This document shows positions 37,761-48,697 of a stretch of DNA of 64,000 bases, in pieces; the first letter of the stretch is position 1; each line of letters starts with the position of its first letter. A program made the position numbers and the translations under genes. The stretch is from assembly GCA_900617105.1 (NCBI GenBank), contig UYFQ01000001.1, positions 4,278,001-4,342,000 on the forward strand. The letters are read 5' to 3'. The stretch comes from Hydrurus foetidus. Lineage: Eukaryota. The notes beneath the pieces are model-generated. The model had not been told where the DNA came from. It saw only the letters and a program-made list of their open reading frames with translations, and ran no database searches.

Positions 37761-38896
37761 GCGCCCACCCCCCTGCCAATCAACCAGACTCGCCAGCCGA
37801 TCAGGCATCTCAGCTGCCCTACCTTGCGCCTGCGGTAATTTCGTTGCCGCCAACGGCAGTGCTGGTTTCTAAAAAATGGGCAATAGCGGTTGTCTTGCTT
37901 GCTGCTGCGGCATTGGTGGTCAGTGGCTTGCTGTGGCAAAAGCTGAGCAATATTCAAGAAGAGTTGGCTAGGCGCAGCCTTGATGCTGGTGCCCGGTCAA
38001 TTGAAGCGCGCACGCTGGCCAAGGCCGCGCAAGACAGCGCCGCGGAGCTCACTGCCCGGCTGGCGCTGCAAGAAAGCCGTATTAGTGAAGTCAGCCTGCA
38101 GCGCACGCAACTTGAAGAGCTGATGCAAAGCTTATCGCGTTCGCGCGATGAAAATCTGGTGGTAGACATTGAGTCCGCCATTCGCCTGGCCCAGCAGCAG
38201 GCTCAATTGACCGGCAGCGCTGAACCGTTAATTGCCGCTTTGCGTTCAGCCGACCAGCGCTTGCTACGAGCAGCGCAGCCGCGCTTGAATCCACTGCAGC
38301 GTGCAATTGCCAAGGACACTGAGCGAATTAAAGCCGCCAGCCTGACCGACGTGCCCGTGCTGATGCTGAAAATTGATGAGCTGTCGCAAATGGCTGACGA
38401 TTTGCCGGTAGCCAATGGTTTGCCCAGCGCTGTTGGGCGGCCTGCGCCAGTTGCGGCACCAAAGGCAGCCGCCGCATCAGCCGGGTCGGCGCTGCCCGGC
38501 GCGCTCGGCTGGTTTGACAAGCAGCGCCTGTCGGACGCGGCTCGCCAATGGGTCGCCAGCGTGCAAGACGAGGCGCGCCGACTGTTGCGCGTGAGCCGTA
38601 TTGACCAGCCCGAGGCAGCGCTGCTGTCGCCTGAACAAGCCTTCTTTTTGCGCGAAAACTTCAAGCTGCGGTTGCTGAACGCGCGGCTGGGTTTGTTGTC
38701 GCGCCAGACCGACACCGCGCGCGCTGACCTGGCCAACGCGGCCATGTGGCTGGGCAAATACTTTGATGTCAGCTCGCGTAAAACTCAAGCCGCCAGCCAG
38801 TTGCTGCAGCAAGTGCAAAGCCAGCTCAAAACCAGCGAGTTGCCGCGCCTTGACGAGACCATGACCGCGCTCAGCACGGCTGCGGCTGGCCGCTAA
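37757..38896 (+). CDS. hemX: HemX family membrane-anchored coiled-coil protein
   Basis: N-terminal TM, LLSPEQAFFLRENFKLRLLNARL; ATGA overlap with hemD. Confidence 0.88.
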   Translation: MSAHPPANQPDSPADQASQLPYLAPAVISLPPTAVLVSKKWAIAVVLLAAAALVVSGLLWQKLSNIQEELARRSLDAGARSIEARTLAKAAQDSAAELTARLALQESRISEVSLQRTQLEELMQSLSRSRDENLVVDIESAIRLAQQQAQLTGSAEPLIAALRSADQRLLRAAQPRLNPLQRAIAKDTERIKAASLTDVPVLMLKIDELSQMADDLPVANGLPSAVGRPAPVAAPKAAAASAGSALPGALGWFDKQRLSDAARQWVASVQDEARRLLRVSRIDQPEAALLSPEQAFFLRENFKLRLLNARLGLLSRQTDTARADLANAAMWLGKYFDVSSRKTQAASQLLQQVQSQLKTSELPRLDETMTALSTAAAGR

Positions 38897-38915
38897 AGAG
38901 CACGGCAACATCACT

Positions 38916-40217
38916 ATGCGCGCCGCACTTTGGCTTTTGGCTTTGTTTGCAGTAGCGGTTGCCAGCGCCCTTATTGCAGGCAACAACCAGGCGGTGGTCA
39001 CTTTGTTTTGGCCGCCGCATCGGGTGGACGTTTCGTTTAACTTAATGATGGTCTTATTGCTAGGTGCGTTTTTGGTGCTGTATGTGGCGCTGAGGGCGTT
39101 GGCTGCGGTTGTCGGCTTGCCGGTTGACGCCAAGCGCTGGCGCGCACAACAAAAAGAACGGGCGATGTACGGCGCGCTGATGGACGCGCTGGCCCACCAG
39201 CTGGCGGGGCGCTACATTCGCGCCACCAAGTCGGCGCAAAACGCGCTGGTGCAAGAAAAAAGCCTGGCTCGCCTGGCCAGCGAATCGGGCCAAGCACCAG
39301 ACCACTTTAGCGGAGTAACGTCAGCCCGAGCCAGCCAACTGCAGTCGCTGGCGCACTTGCTGGTGGCTGAAAGCGCGCAGTCGCTGCAAAACATTTCACT
39401 GCGCGATGAGCACCTGGCGCTGGCGCTGCAAAGCTCAGCGCCACGCTTTGCGCAAGAGATTCGCGAAGGCGTGCAGTTCAGGGCGGCACGCTGGGCCCTT
39501 GACGACCGCGATGCAGCGGCGGCACTGGGCGCCTTGAGTCAGCTGCCGCAGGGCGCGGCACGCCGTACGCTCGCACTGCGATTAAAGCTTCGTGCAACCC
39601 GGCAGTTGCGGCAAACTGCCGTGGCACTGGATACCGCTCGCCTGCTGGGCAAACACCGTGCGTTTTCGCCACAGGCGGCCCAAAGCATTGTGCGCGGGCT
39701 GGGGCAAGAGCTGCTCAGTGATGCACATGATGCGGCGCAACTGACTAAAGCCTGGATGGCGCTGGACGACACTGAGCGCGCCATGCCCGAGCTGGCAGTG
39801 CACGCCGCAACCCGAATGATGGCCTTGCAGGGCGACGCCAAAGTGGCGAGGCAGTGGCTGTTGCCTGCCTGGAGCGCCGCCATGCTGCCCGGCGCAAGCA
39901 TGAGCGACAGCTTCAGGATCAAACTCATTGGCGCACTTGAACCCGGCCTCGACTCTCTCGATGCACAGTGGCTGGCCCGCATTGAAGCGGCGCAACTGGC
40001 GCGGCCCAGTGACGCCACTGTGCAGTACCTGGCAGGCATGGCGTGCGCGAGCCGCCAACTGTGGGGCAAGGCGCGGCAGTGGCTGGCGCTGAGTGTGTTG
40101 GGCTTGCAAGACAGCGGGCTGCGTCGCAATGCCTTCAGGACGCTGGCTGGCTTAGCCGAGCAACGCGGGGACGTACAAGGTGCGGCAGAGGCCTATCGGC
40201 AAGCGGCCGAGCTGTAG
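38916..40217 (+). CDS. hemY: HemY family membrane TPR protein
   Basis: Two N-terminal TMs, RQLWGKAR; hemCDXY synteny. Confidence 0.88.
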   Translation: MRAALWLLALFAVAVASALIAGNNQAVVTLFWPPHRVDVSFNLMMVLLLGAFLVLYVALRALAAVVGLPVDAKRWRAQQKERAMYGALMDALAHQLAGRYIRATKSAQNALVQEKSLARLASESGQAPDHFSGVTSARASQLQSLAHLLVAESAQSLQNISLRDEHLALALQSSAPRFAQEIREGVQFRAARWALDDRDAAAALGALSQLPQGAARRTLALRLKLRATRQLRQTAVALDTARLLGKHRAFSPQAAQSIVRGLGQELLSDAHDAAQLTKAWMALDDTERAMPELAVHAATRMMALQGDAKVARQWLLPAWSAAMLPGASMSDSFRIKLIGALEPGLDSLDAQWLARIEAAQLARPSDATVQYLAGMACASRQLWGKARQWLALSVLGLQDSGLRRNAFRTLAGLAEQRGDVQGAAEAYRQAAEL

Positions 40218-40261
40218 TTAAACGCTGAATTTAACCGCCCTGAACTGAAAGAAGTCACCAT

Positions 40262-40290
40262 AAAAAAGCCCGCGTGATGCGGGCTTTTTT
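40262..40290. terminator. Bidirectional intrinsic terminator between hemY and rne
   Basis: AAAAAAGCCCGC-GTGAT-GCGGGCTTTTTT. Confidence 0.9.
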
Positions 40291-40334
40291 GTTTAATTAC
40301 AACCTTAACCGCCCGTTTGGCGGACAGATCGGTT

Positions 40335-43300
40335 TCAGGTCTTTTCAAACGGCAGTTGCATGTCTTTCAAGTCACGTTTGGTCTCTACCAGCACCAGTGG
40401 TGCTTGCGTTTGCGCGACTTGCGGCGGACGCTCACGCGGCACATGCGCGGGTTTGGCTTCAAGTGCCATGGCCGCTTTTACTTCGGCGATTTTGCTAGCG
40501 TCGGAGTTCACCCATTGCAAACCCGAGGTCTGCGCCACCACAGCCAGGTCTTGCAGCGGCAAATCGTAGGCTTGCACCTTAGGCAAACCTGCGGGCGCTG
40601 CGGGCGCGGCTACGCTGACTGGCGCAACTGGAGCTGTAGCAGAAGCAGTGGGCTGAACGGCTTTTTCCGCTATTAATTCAGGAGCTGCTTGCGCCCGAAT
40701 TACTTGGTCTACCGGTTCATTTTGCAACAAACTTTGCTGTGCAGGCAATGAATTGCTGCCCGTTAGCGGGGCGCTATCGCCTGCTTCAGCGTTGCTGTTT
40801 TCACCGGTAGGTGCTGCATCGCCGCGCTCGCGACGTTCACGGCCATAACGGTCGCGGCTGCGGCGTTCACGTGGCTCACGCGGCTGGCGTTGATCGCCGG
40901 CATCTGCTTGATCGCCTTGCGTCTGGTTGTCGGCAGAAGCGTTTGCGTCCGGCCCAGTAGTCAGCTCAGCAGTTGCGGCATCACCGAAGTCCTGACGCTC
41001 ACCTCGCGCCTCACCTTGACGGTCATTGCGGCGACCGCGATCACCTCGCTCGCGGCGCGGGGAGTCCTGACCAGCTTCTGGCGCGGTGCCGCCCATTGCC
41101 GCTGCCATGGCGGCTTTGTTGGCCATCGCGATGTCTTGCTCAGTGGCGTCTACGGGGGGGCGCTGCTCGCCGCTACGCTCGCCGCGTTCACGGCGGGGGC
41201 GCTCTTGACGTCCGCCTACTTTTGGCTCTCTGGGCTCACGCGGTGGACGCGGCTCGCGCTGCTCTTGGCCTTCGCCTCGTAATTCACTTCGCTGTTCACC
41301 GCGCTGTTCGCCAGTGCGTGGGTCAGTACCGCGTTCGCGGCGCTCGCCGCTGCGGCCATCTGCAGGCCGGCCATCATTTCGTGGCTCACTGCGTTGTTCA
41401 TTGCGAGCCTCTGGTCGGCTTTCGCCACGGCCTTCCGGGCGACCTTCTGGACGACCTTCTTGTCGGTCTCCGCGTTCGTTGCGTCCTCGGCCACCTCGGC
41501 GGCCATCACGGCCACCGCGCTCGCCGCTGCGTTCAGTGCGCTCACCGCGGCCGTCACGGCGCGCTTCGCCTCCTCGTTCAGTTGGGGCAGTTACGCTGGC
41601 TGCCGGTGCTGTGGCTGGCGCTTCCGAGCCGCCGAACAGACCTTTGATCCAGCCAAAAAAGCCTTTTTCCGCCGGGGCAGCGGCTGCTGCCACTGGTCGC
41701 TGTGCAGGCCGAGCAGCCGCCTGAGCTTCAGGCTTCAATTCCGCTTTAACGGGCGCAATCGGCGCAGGCGCATCAGGCAACACGCCCTTGATGACAGGCT
41801 CTTGCTTGTTGTGCTTTTCCTGGCTGCGACGCGTCACCGTGGTGGGGTCTTCAATGTCGTCGGCCATCTTGTAGCTGGCTTCGATGTTGTCCAGCCTTGG
41901 GTCGTCGTGCTTGAGGCGCTCAAGCCGGTAATTCGGTGTTTCCAGCGTTTTGTTCGGCACGATCAGCACATTGATGCGCTGCTTCATTTCAATTTTGCTG
42001 ATTTCTGAGCGTTTTTCGTTCAGCAAGAAAGCCGCAACATCAACAGGTACCTGGCAAAGAACAGATGCCGTGCTGTCTTTGAGCGACTCTTCCTGAATGA
42101 TCCGCAAAATTTGCAATGCTGAGCTTTCGGTATCGCGAATGTGGCCCGAGCCACCGCAACGCGGGCAAGGGATGGACGCGCCTTCGCTCAGCGTTGGGCG
42201 CAGGCGCTGGCGGCTCATTTCCATCAGGCCAAACTTGCTGATGGTGCCGAACTGAACCCGTGCACGGTCTTGGCGCAGCGCGTCGCGCAAGCGGTTTTCT
42301 ACATCGCGGCGGTTGCGAGATTCCTCCATGTCGATAAAGTCAATCACCACCAGGCCGCCCAGGTCACGCAGGCGCATTTGGCGGGCTACTTCATCGGCGG
42401 CTTCTAAATTGGTGCGAGTGGCGGTTTCTTCAATGTCGCCGCCTTTGATGGCGCGTGCCGAGTTGACGTCAACCGACACCAAGGCCTCGGTCTGGTCAAT
42501 CACAATCGCGCCGCCCGATGGCAGCTGCACGGTGCGGGCGTAGGCCGATTCGATTTGATGCTCAATCTGAAAGCGGCTGAACAGCGGCGCGTCGTCGCGG
42601 TAACGTTTCACGCGGTGCGCATGCTCGGGCATCACGTGGTCCATGAACTGCTTGGCTTGCTCGTACACGTCGTCGGTGTCAAACAAAATGTCGCCGATGT
42701 CGCTGTTGAAGTAATCGCGAATCGCGCGGATGACGAGGCTGGATTCCTGATAAATCAGGAACGCGCCCTTGCCGCCTTTGCCAGCGCCTTCAATGGCGGT
42801 CCAGAGCTTGATCAGGTAGTTCAAGTCCCACTGCAATTCAGGCGCGCTGCGGCCTATGCCGGCAGTGCGGGCAATGATGCTGGCACCGGCTGGGTATTCC
42901 AGCTGGTCCATGTTTTCTTTGAGTTCTGCCCGGTCTTCGCCTTCAATACGGCGGCTCACACCGCCACCACGTGGGTTGTTGGGCATCAGCACCACATAGC
43001 GGCCTGCCAGAGACACGAATGTCGTTAAAGCCGCGCCCTTGTTGCCGCGCTCTTCTTTTTCGACCTGAACCATCAGTTCTTGGCCCTCGCGAATCACATC
43101 TTGTATGCGTGCCTGGCTGACCGACACGCCGCTGGCAAAGTAGTTGCGTGATATTTCTTTAAACGGCAAAAAGCCGTGGCGGTCTTCACCGTAGTCAACA
43201 AAGCAGGCTTCCAGCGACGGCTCGACGCGCGTGACGACGGCCTTGTAAATGTTGCCCTTGCGCTGCTCGCGCCCTTCAATTTCAATTTCATAGTCGAGCA

Positions 43301-43370
43301 GTTTTTGCCCGTCAACAATCGCCAAACGGCGCTCTTCAGATTGCGTTGCATTGACCAACATGCGTTTCAT
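40335..43370 (-). CDS. rne: Ribonuclease E
   Basis: [42 protein letters not shown]; long R/E/G-rich C-terminal region. Confidence 0.97.
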   Translation of the reverse strand: MKRMLVNATQSEERRLAIVDGQKLLDYEIEIEGREQRKGNIYKAVVTRVEPSLEACFVDYGEDRHGFLPFKEISRNYFASGVSVSQARIQDVIREGQELMVQVEKEERGNKGAALTTFVSLAGRYVVLMPNNPRGGGVSRRIEGEDRAELKENMDQLEYPAGASIIARTAGIGRSAPELQWDLNYLIKLWTAIEGAGKGGKGAFLIYQESSLVIRAIRDYFNSDIGDILFDTDDVYEQAKQFMDHVMPEHAHRVKRYRDDAPLFSRFQIEHQIESAYARTVQLPSGGAIVIDQTEALVSVDVNSARAIKGGDIEETATRTNLEAADEVARQMRLRDLGGLVVIDFIDMEESRNRRDVENRLRDALRQDRARVQFGTISKFGLMEMSRQRLRPTLSEGASIPCPRCGGSGHIRDTESSALQILRIIQEESLKDSTASVLCQVPVDVAAFLLNEKRSEISKIEMKQRINVLIVPNKTLETPNYRLERLKHDDPRLDNIEASYKMADDIEDPTTVTRRSQEKHNKQEPVIKGVLPDAPAPIAPVKAELKPEAQAAARPAQRPVAAAAAPAEKGFFGWIKGLFGGSEAPATAPAASVTAPTERGGEARRDGRGERTERSGERGGRDGRRGGRGRNERGDRQEGRPEGRPEGRGESRPEARNEQRSEPRNDGRPADGRSGERRERGTDPRTGEQRGEQRSELRGEGQEQREPRPPREPREPKVGGRQERPRRERGERSGEQRPPVDATEQDIAMANKAAMAAAMGGTAPEAGQDSPRRERGDRGRRNDRQGEARGERQDFGDAATAELTTGPDANASADNQTQGDQADAGDQRQPREPRERRSRDRYGRERRERGDAAPTGENSNAEAGDSAPLTGSNSLPAQQSLLQNEPVDQVIRAQAAPELIAEKAVQPTASATAPVAPVSVAAPAAPAGLPKVQAYDLPLQDLAVVAQTSGLQWVNSDASKIAEVKAAMALEAKPAHVPRERPPQVAQTQAPLVLVETKRDLKDMQLPFEKT
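40669..40711 (-). repeat. 43-bp bipartite motif within the rne C-terminal region
   Basis: TAGACC AAGTAATTC GGGCGC AAGC AGCT CCTGAATTAA TAGC. Confidence 0.9.
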
Positions 43371-43570
43371 GATGATTTCTTCCTGTCGTTCGTTCAAATA
43401 AATGAACTTCTACAGCCCAAAACGGGCCAACGATGCCTAAAAAGACGCCGTGCGAACGGAGGAATTGCCGGAGAGCTTTCGACGCGGCTGAGCCGACTGA
43501 ATCAATCAGTCAGGACAGTGGTCTGGGCGTAGGCGCGTGGATAGGGCGAGGTAGAGTCTTGACAATATTT

Positions 43571-43613
43571 GCTACTGTTTTAGTAGCTGCTCGCGCCCAT
43601 AAAACAAGGGCTA
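43571..43613 (-). repeat. 43-bp bipartite motif in the rne-rluC intergenic region
   Basis: TAGCCC TTGTTTTAT GGGCGC GAGC AGCT ACTAAAACAG TAGC. Confidence 0.9.
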
Positions 43614-43978
43614 CAGGCTGAAAAGCTTCGTAAAAGCCCAAAACCAGCGCTAAAAAGCGCTGTAGGCAAAAAGCAATCAGGTTGTGCAGCGTTGTCATCA
43701 AAAGGCTATCGTTCAAAGACTTTTTCTCAAACCAGATCCGCCGGGAGCTCAGCCTAAGTTCCAGCCAAGCTACCGGTTTGGGTATTCCGTAGTTGTATTC
43801 GCAAAACGCCGATTTTTATGTCGAATCAAACCCGCCGGGTGCCTGGCACGCTGGGCTTGGGGTATGACCGAAATAGGCATCGACCTTCCAGCGCAGTTTG
43901 AGTTGGCCTTTCTAAAGGGCTTTTGAGTCGCGTGGACTAAACTCCATGCAAATCAACAACTTAACAAACATTACGCTA

Positions 43979-45046
43979 GTGAAATCTATTATAGGGGTAG
44001 CTTTGGCAGACAGTGCGCCGGTAGCCGCAGCGGCGACATTTGTAACAGTCAGCGAAGACTACGCTGGCCAGCGTCTGGACAATTTTTTGATCCGCCAGCT
44101 TAAAGGCGTGCCGAAAACCCACGTTTACCGCATCATTCGCAGCGGTGAAGTACGCGTAAATAAGGGCAGGGCGCAAGCTGATTCGCGGGTCGAAACAGGC
44201 GATGTCGTGCGACTACCGCCCGTGCGCACGTCTGAACGCGCCGACCAAAAAGCGGTGGCGATTGCCGCCGCGCAAGAAGTGGTTCGCCACGGCGCCAGCT
44301 CAACTGTTGGCGGGTTTGCCCCCGCCGCTGAGTTTCCGGTTTTGTTTGAAGACGACTTTTTGCTGGCCATTGACAAGCCCGCTGGCGTGGCTGTGCACGG
44401 CGGCAGCGGGGTGAGCTTTGGGGTCATTGAGCAACTGCGCATGGCCCGGCCTGATGCCGACTTTTTGGAGTTGATTCACCGCCTTGACCGCGAAACCAGC
44501 GGCGTGCTGCTAATTGCCAAGCGGCGCATGGCGTTAAAACTGCTGCAGGAGCAATTTCGAGAGCGCGAAACCGACAAGGTGTACCTGGCATTGGTCAAAG
44601 GCGCATGGCCCGCCAATCTGCGGGTTATAGACAAAGCGCTGCATAAGTACGAGTCGCCCAATGGCGAAAGGCGCGTCAAAGTGGTGGCTAACGACCACCC
44701 AGACGGCATGCGTTCTGTCACGCTGGTGAAGGTTAAAAGCACGGTTGCCGACGGGCGATTTACCCTGCTCGAGGTCACCATCAAAACCGGCCGCACCCAC
44801 CAAATTCGCGTTCACCTAGCCGACGCTGGCCACCCGATTGCTGGCGACGACAAATACGGCGACTTTGAGCTGAACAAGGCGCTGCAGAAATCAACCGGGC
44901 CCACACCGAGCTTAAAACGTATGTTTTTGCACGCCTGGAGCTTGAAATTTAATCACCCCAAATTACGCAAGGTGGTTCATTTGCAGGCCGAACTGCCGCC
45001 TGAATTGCAGCAGTTTTTGCCTGCCACTTCCACAACTTCAACATGA
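43979..45046 (+). CDS. rluC: 23S rRNA pseudouridine synthase RluC
   Basis: S4 domain GQRLDNFL, HRLDRETSG, GRTHQIR; GTG start assumed at 43979. Confidence 0.93.
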   Translation: MKSIIGVALADSAPVAAAATFVTVSEDYAGQRLDNFLIRQLKGVPKTHVYRIIRSGEVRVNKGRAQADSRVETGDVVRLPPVRTSERADQKAVAIAAAQEVVRHGASSTVGGFAPAAEFPVLFEDDFLLAIDKPAGVAVHGGSGVSFGVIEQLRMARPDADFLELIHRLDRETSGVLLIAKRRMALKLLQEQFRERETDKVYLALVKGAWPANLRVIDKALHKYESPNGERRVKVVANDHPDGMRSVTLVKVKSTVADGRFTLLEVTIKTGRTHQIRVHLADAGHPIAGDDKYGDFELNKALQKSTGPTPSLKRMFLHAWSLKFNHPKLRKVVHLQAELPPELQQFLPATSTTST

Positions 45047-45702
45047 CCACTCGCAACTTTGACCTGATCGCCTTCGACTGGGACGGCACGCTGTTCGATT
45101 CAACCGCCATCATCGCGCGCTGTATTCAGGAGGCGGTTCGCGATGTGGGCGGCACGGTGCCGACACAAGAAGCGGCTTCGTATGTGATTGGCCTCGGGCT
45201 CAAGCAGGCACTGGCGCACGCCGCGCCAGACGTGCCGCTTGAAAAATATCCGTTGCTGGGTGAGCGCTATCAGCACCATTACGCGCTGCACGCCAGTGAT
45301 TTGAGTTTTTTTGACGGCGCGCTTGACATGCTGCGCGAGCTAAAAAGCCGTGGTCATCAGTTGGCAGTGGCCACCGGAAAATCTCGGCGGGGGCTGGATG
45401 AATCGCTTAAAAGCGTGGCCCTGAAGGGGTTGTTCGACGCCTCTCGCACGGCGGATGAAACCGCTGGCAAGCCGCACCCCCGAATGCTTGATGAACTGAT
45501 CGAACAATTCGCCTTTCCCGCCAGCCGGGTGCTGATGATTGGCGACACCACGCACGATTTGCAAATGGCCGTTAATGCTAACTGCCCGAGTGTGGGCGTG
45601 AGCTACGGCGCACACGATGTGGCCAGCTTCGCAGCCCTGAGCCCGCTCCACATCGCCCATTCAGTGCGCGACTTGCACGACTGGCTGCTGGGCAACGGGT
45701 GA
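45043..45702 (+). CDS. HAD-family hydrolase (phosphoglycolate phosphatase-like)
   Basis: FDWDGTL, KPHP, IGDTTHD. Confidence 0.9.
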   Translation: MTTRNFDLIAFDWDGTLFDSTAIIARCIQEAVRDVGGTVPTQEAASYVIGLGLKQALAHAAPDVPLEKYPLLGERYQHHYALHASDLSFFDGALDMLRELKSRGHQLAVATGKSRRGLDESLKSVALKGLFDASRTADETAGKPHPRMLDELIEQFAFPASRVLMIGDTTHDLQMAVNANCPSVGVSYGAHDVASFAALSPLHIAHSVRDLHDWLLGNG

Positions 45703-46082
45703 CAAGCATGACGCCTGATGACGGCTGGCAAGCCCTCTGCAGCAGCGGCGCGCTGGTTAATGGCGCGCAAGCGGTGCCGTTTGATGTGGAATATGGCGGG
45801 CAAAGCACCAGAGCCTTCGCAGTGCGGTTTGAAGGTCAGCCGCACGCCTATTTGAATCGCTGCACCCACGTGGCGATGGAACTCGACTGGCAGCCCAACC
45901 AGGTGTTTGATGCCAGCGGCCAATGGCTGCTTTGCGCCACGCACGGCGCGGCTTACGCCCCCGCTACGGGCGAATGCGCTGGCGGGCCGTGCCGGGGCGG
46001 GCTGGTCAAAATTGCGCTTGTAGAAGAAGGCGGGATCGTTTTATGGCAAACCGCTTACAACTTAAAACCCCGGGTCTTTTAA
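45699..46082 (+). CDS. Rieske [2Fe-2S] ferredoxin
   Basis: CTH...CATHGA. Confidence 0.9.
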   Translation: MTSMTPDDGWQALCSSGALVNGAQAVPFDVEYGGQSTRAFAVRFEGQPHAYLNRCTHVAMELDWQPNQVFDASGQWLLCATHGAAYAPATGECAGGPCRGGLVKIALVEEGGIVLWQTAYNLKPRVF

Positions 46083-46118
46083 CAATCAGCACTGTCGACT
46101 TTTCTTATCTTTAAACTA

Positions 46119-47222
46119 GTGAGCATGACTGACCCCAAACGCCCCGACCCCATTGAGCCATCTCATGACCCGTACGACGACCCGGCAGGGTTGTCTGAAT
46201 CTATAACCAATGACCCTGTAGACCAGACAATACGGGCGCAAGCAGCTCCTGAAAACATAGCAAAAAACATGAACAAAAACGACCCCACCAGCCAACCCGG
46301 TTGGGAGCGCGCCACGCTTGAAAAGCTCGCTTTCGCTTCCTTGAACGAACAAAAATCCGCCCGCCGATGGAGAACCTTTGTGCGCCTGGCCTGGCTGGTG
46401 TTTTTTGTCGCCGTGATCTGGTTGGCGTTGCACCGCGGCGGCACTGGCGCCGCAAGCGTCAGTTCGCCGCACACAGCGGTAATCGAAATCAAGGGCGAAA
46501 TAGCCGACGGTGCAGACGCCAGCGCTGAATTTATCAACGCCGCGCTGAAAGCTGCTTTTGAAGACGAGGGCGCCAAAGCCGTGGTGTTACTGATCAATTC
46601 GCCCGGCGGCAGCCCGGTGCAGGCCGGCATGATGAACGATGAAATCCGCCGCTTGAAGGTTCTGCACAAAAAACCCGTCTACGCTGTGGTGGGCGAAACC
46701 TGCGCGTCGGCTGCCTACTACATTGCGGTGTCTGCTGACCAGATTTTTGTCGACAAAGCCAGCATTGTTGGCAGCATTGGCGTGCTGATGGACGGCTTTG
46801 GCTTTACCGGGCTGATGGACAAGCTCGGCGTTGAGCGCCGCTTGTTGACTGCCGGTGAAAACAAAGGCTTTTTAGACCCGTTCAGCCAGCAAACTGACAA
46901 GCAGCGCGCCTTTGCACAAGCCATGCTTAACCAGATTCACCAGCAGTTCATCAGCGTGGTCAAAGCCGGCCGCGGCGAGCGCCTTAAAGAAACGCCTGAA
47001 ATGTTCAGCGGCCTGTTCTGGACAGGTCAGCAAGCGATCGAACTGGGTTTAGCCGACAAGCTGGGTACGCTCGAATACGTTGCCCGCGAAGTCGTCAAGC
47101 AAGACGACATCGTTGACTACACCCGCCGTGACAATGTGGCCGAGCGCTTGGCTAAAAAGTTTGGCGCGGCAATGGGCGAGGGCGCGATGAAGGCGGTCAA
47201 GGCTATGCCTGCGATCCGGTGA
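46119..47222 (+). CDS. sppA: S49 family signal peptide peptidase (SppA-like)
   Basis: INSPGGSP, CASAAYY, VGSIGV. Confidence 0.88.
   Translation: MSMTDPKRPDPIEPSHDPYDDPAGLSESITNDPVDQTIRAQAAPENIAKNMNKNDPTSQPGWERATLEKLAFASLNEQKSARRWRTFVRLAWLVFFVAVIWLALHRGGTGAASVSSPHTAVIEIKGEIADGADASAEFINAALKAAFEDEGAKAVVLLINSPGGSPVQAGMMNDEIRRLKVLHKKPVYAVVGETCASAAYYIAVSADQIFVDKASIVGSIGVLMDGFGFTGLMDKLGVERRLLTAGENKGFLDPFSQQTDKQRAFAQAMLNQIHQQFISVVKAGRGERLKETPEMFSGLFWTGQQAIELGLADKLGTLEYVAREVVKQDDIVDYTRRDNVAERLAKKFGAAMGEGAMKAVKAMPAIR
46219..46261 (+). repeat. 43-bp bipartite motif within the sppA N-terminal extension
   Basis: TAGACC AGACAATAC GGGCGC AAGC AGCT CCTGAAAACA TAGC. Confidence 0.9.
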
Positions 47223-47278
47223 CCTAAGCATCAAGCCCCGAAGGCTCAACCTTGAACGCTGATCGATAAGCCCGGCAC

Positions 47279-48043
47279 TTAGCGCCCGATACAAAAAACT
47301 GTAGGCAAAGCCAACGGCGGCGCTGGCTTGCTTTGCTTCCACTTGTCTACTGTCGCGCTTTTGTTCCAAGCGGCGTCTAGCGTCAAGCCGCAGCTAATGG
47401 CCAGCCGGGAATTGCTTTGCAGGGTTTGCAGCAGCGCTTGCAGCAAAGCTGCATTGCGGTATGGCGTTTCAATAAAAATTTGTGTCTGACCGGTTTTTAA
47501 CGCCAAGCTTTCTAGCGTTTTGATGCGCTGGCTGCGCTCGCCTGCATCTTGCGGCAAGTAGCCGACGAAGGCAAAGTTCTGCCCGTTCAAGCCGCTGCTG
47601 GCCAGCGCCAGCATGAGCGACATTGGGCCTGTCAACGCGATCACTTCAATGCCCAAGTCATGCGCCGCCCGCACAACTGACGAGCCTGGGTCGGCGATGG
47701 CGGGCATGCCGGCTTCACTGACCAAGCCCACGTCGTGGCCTTCCAGTGCGGCTTTTAGCATCGGCTTGGCGTCAAAGTTGCCGCTGTGGTCACCCTTTTT
47801 GTGAACCTCACGCGGCAGCTCTTCAATATGTAGCGCTTGCACCGTTTGGGCTAACGGCTGCAGTTCGCCCACGCGCTTGAGGTAAGCGCGCGTGCTTTTT
47901 GCGTTCTCGCAAATCCAGTAGCCCAAACGAGAAGCAACTTCAATCGTTTGCGGCGGCATGACGTCAGTCAATGGCGAAGTTGAGTCGCAACCGAAATCCA
48001 GCGGTGCGGGCACTAAGTAAAGCTTGCCTTTAGTCATGCTCAT
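47279..48043 (-). CDS. SAM-dependent methyltransferase (RsmI/tetrapyrrole methylase-like)
   Basis: LYLVPAPL, SEAGMPAIADPG, FIETPYRN. Confidence 0.85.
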   Translation of the reverse strand: MSMTKGKLYLVPAPLDFGCDSTSPLTDVMPPQTIEVASRLGYWICENAKSTRAYLKRVGELQPLAQTVQALHIEELPREVHKKGDHSGNFDAKPMLKAALEGHDVGLVSEAGMPAIADPGSSVVRAAHDLGIEVIALTGPMSLMLALASSGLNGQNFAFVGYLPQDAGERSQRIKTLESLALKTGQTQIFIETPYRNAALLQALLQTLQSNSRLAISCGLTLDAAWNKSATVDKWKQSKPAPPLALPTVFCIGR

Positions 48044-48672
48044 ACAACCTTCCGATAGCTGAGCACATCCAGCCCCGCGGCGCGCAGCAAGTTGCAAGTG
48101 CGTATCAAGGGCAGGCCGATCAGTGCGGTCGGGTCGTCGCTGTCGATGGCGGCCAGCAGGGCAATGCCCAAACCTTCACTTTTGGCGCTGCCGGCGCAGT
48201 CATACGGTTGCTCGGTGCGCAGGTAATGCTCAATTTCACGGTCACTCAAGTCCCTGAACTGCACCCGCACCGCCGCTAGCTCGCCTTGAGCGAAGCCGGT
48301 GTCAAGGCAAACCACTGCGACTGCGGTTTGAAAAATCACGGTTTGCCCCCGCATCAGGCGCAGCTGCGCTACAGCCCGCTCGTGGTTGCCGGGTTTGCCG
48401 AGTGCAAGCCCGTTCAAATCGGCAACCTGGTCAGAACCAATGACGATGGCTGCCGGGTACCGGTTTGCTACTGTGTGTGCTTTGGCCAGTGCTAGCCGAA
48501 CGGCAATCGCCGCAGGTGCTTCCCCTTGAAGCGGCGCTTCATCGACATCGGGGCCCGTCACTTCAAACGGAATATGCAGGCGTTCTAACAGCTCACGGCG
48601 GTAGCGCGACGTAGAGCCCAAAACCAACTGGCGCGGGTGGGTTGTCTGAGCAAGGGTATCTGGTGATGTCAT
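48040..48672 (-). CDS. maf: Maf family nucleotide pyrophosphatase (YceF-like)
   Basis: LGSTSRYRRELL, IGSDQV, PYDCAGS. Confidence 0.9.
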   Translation of the reverse strand: MTSPDTLAQTTHPRQLVLGSTSRYRRELLERLHIPFEVTGPDVDEAPLQGEAPAAIAVRLALAKAHTVANRYPAAIVIGSDQVADLNGLALGKPGNHERAVAQLRLMRGQTVIFQTAVAVVCLDTGFAQGELAAVRVQFRDLSDREIEHYLRTEQPYDCAGSAKSEGLGIALLAAIDSDDPTALIGLPLIRTCNLLRAAGLDVLSYRKVV

Positions 48673-48697
48673 GCTTTGATTCTCTTACACTCAAGGC

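Noticed and set aside
40830..41580. Repetitive R/E/G-rich coding sequence in rne
   Set aside because: Expected low-complexity RNase E scaffold region.
43985..44002. TCTA-N10-AGCT near the rluC start as a twelfth motif copy
   Set aside because: It has a mismatch in the first arm and lacks the GCGCCC module.
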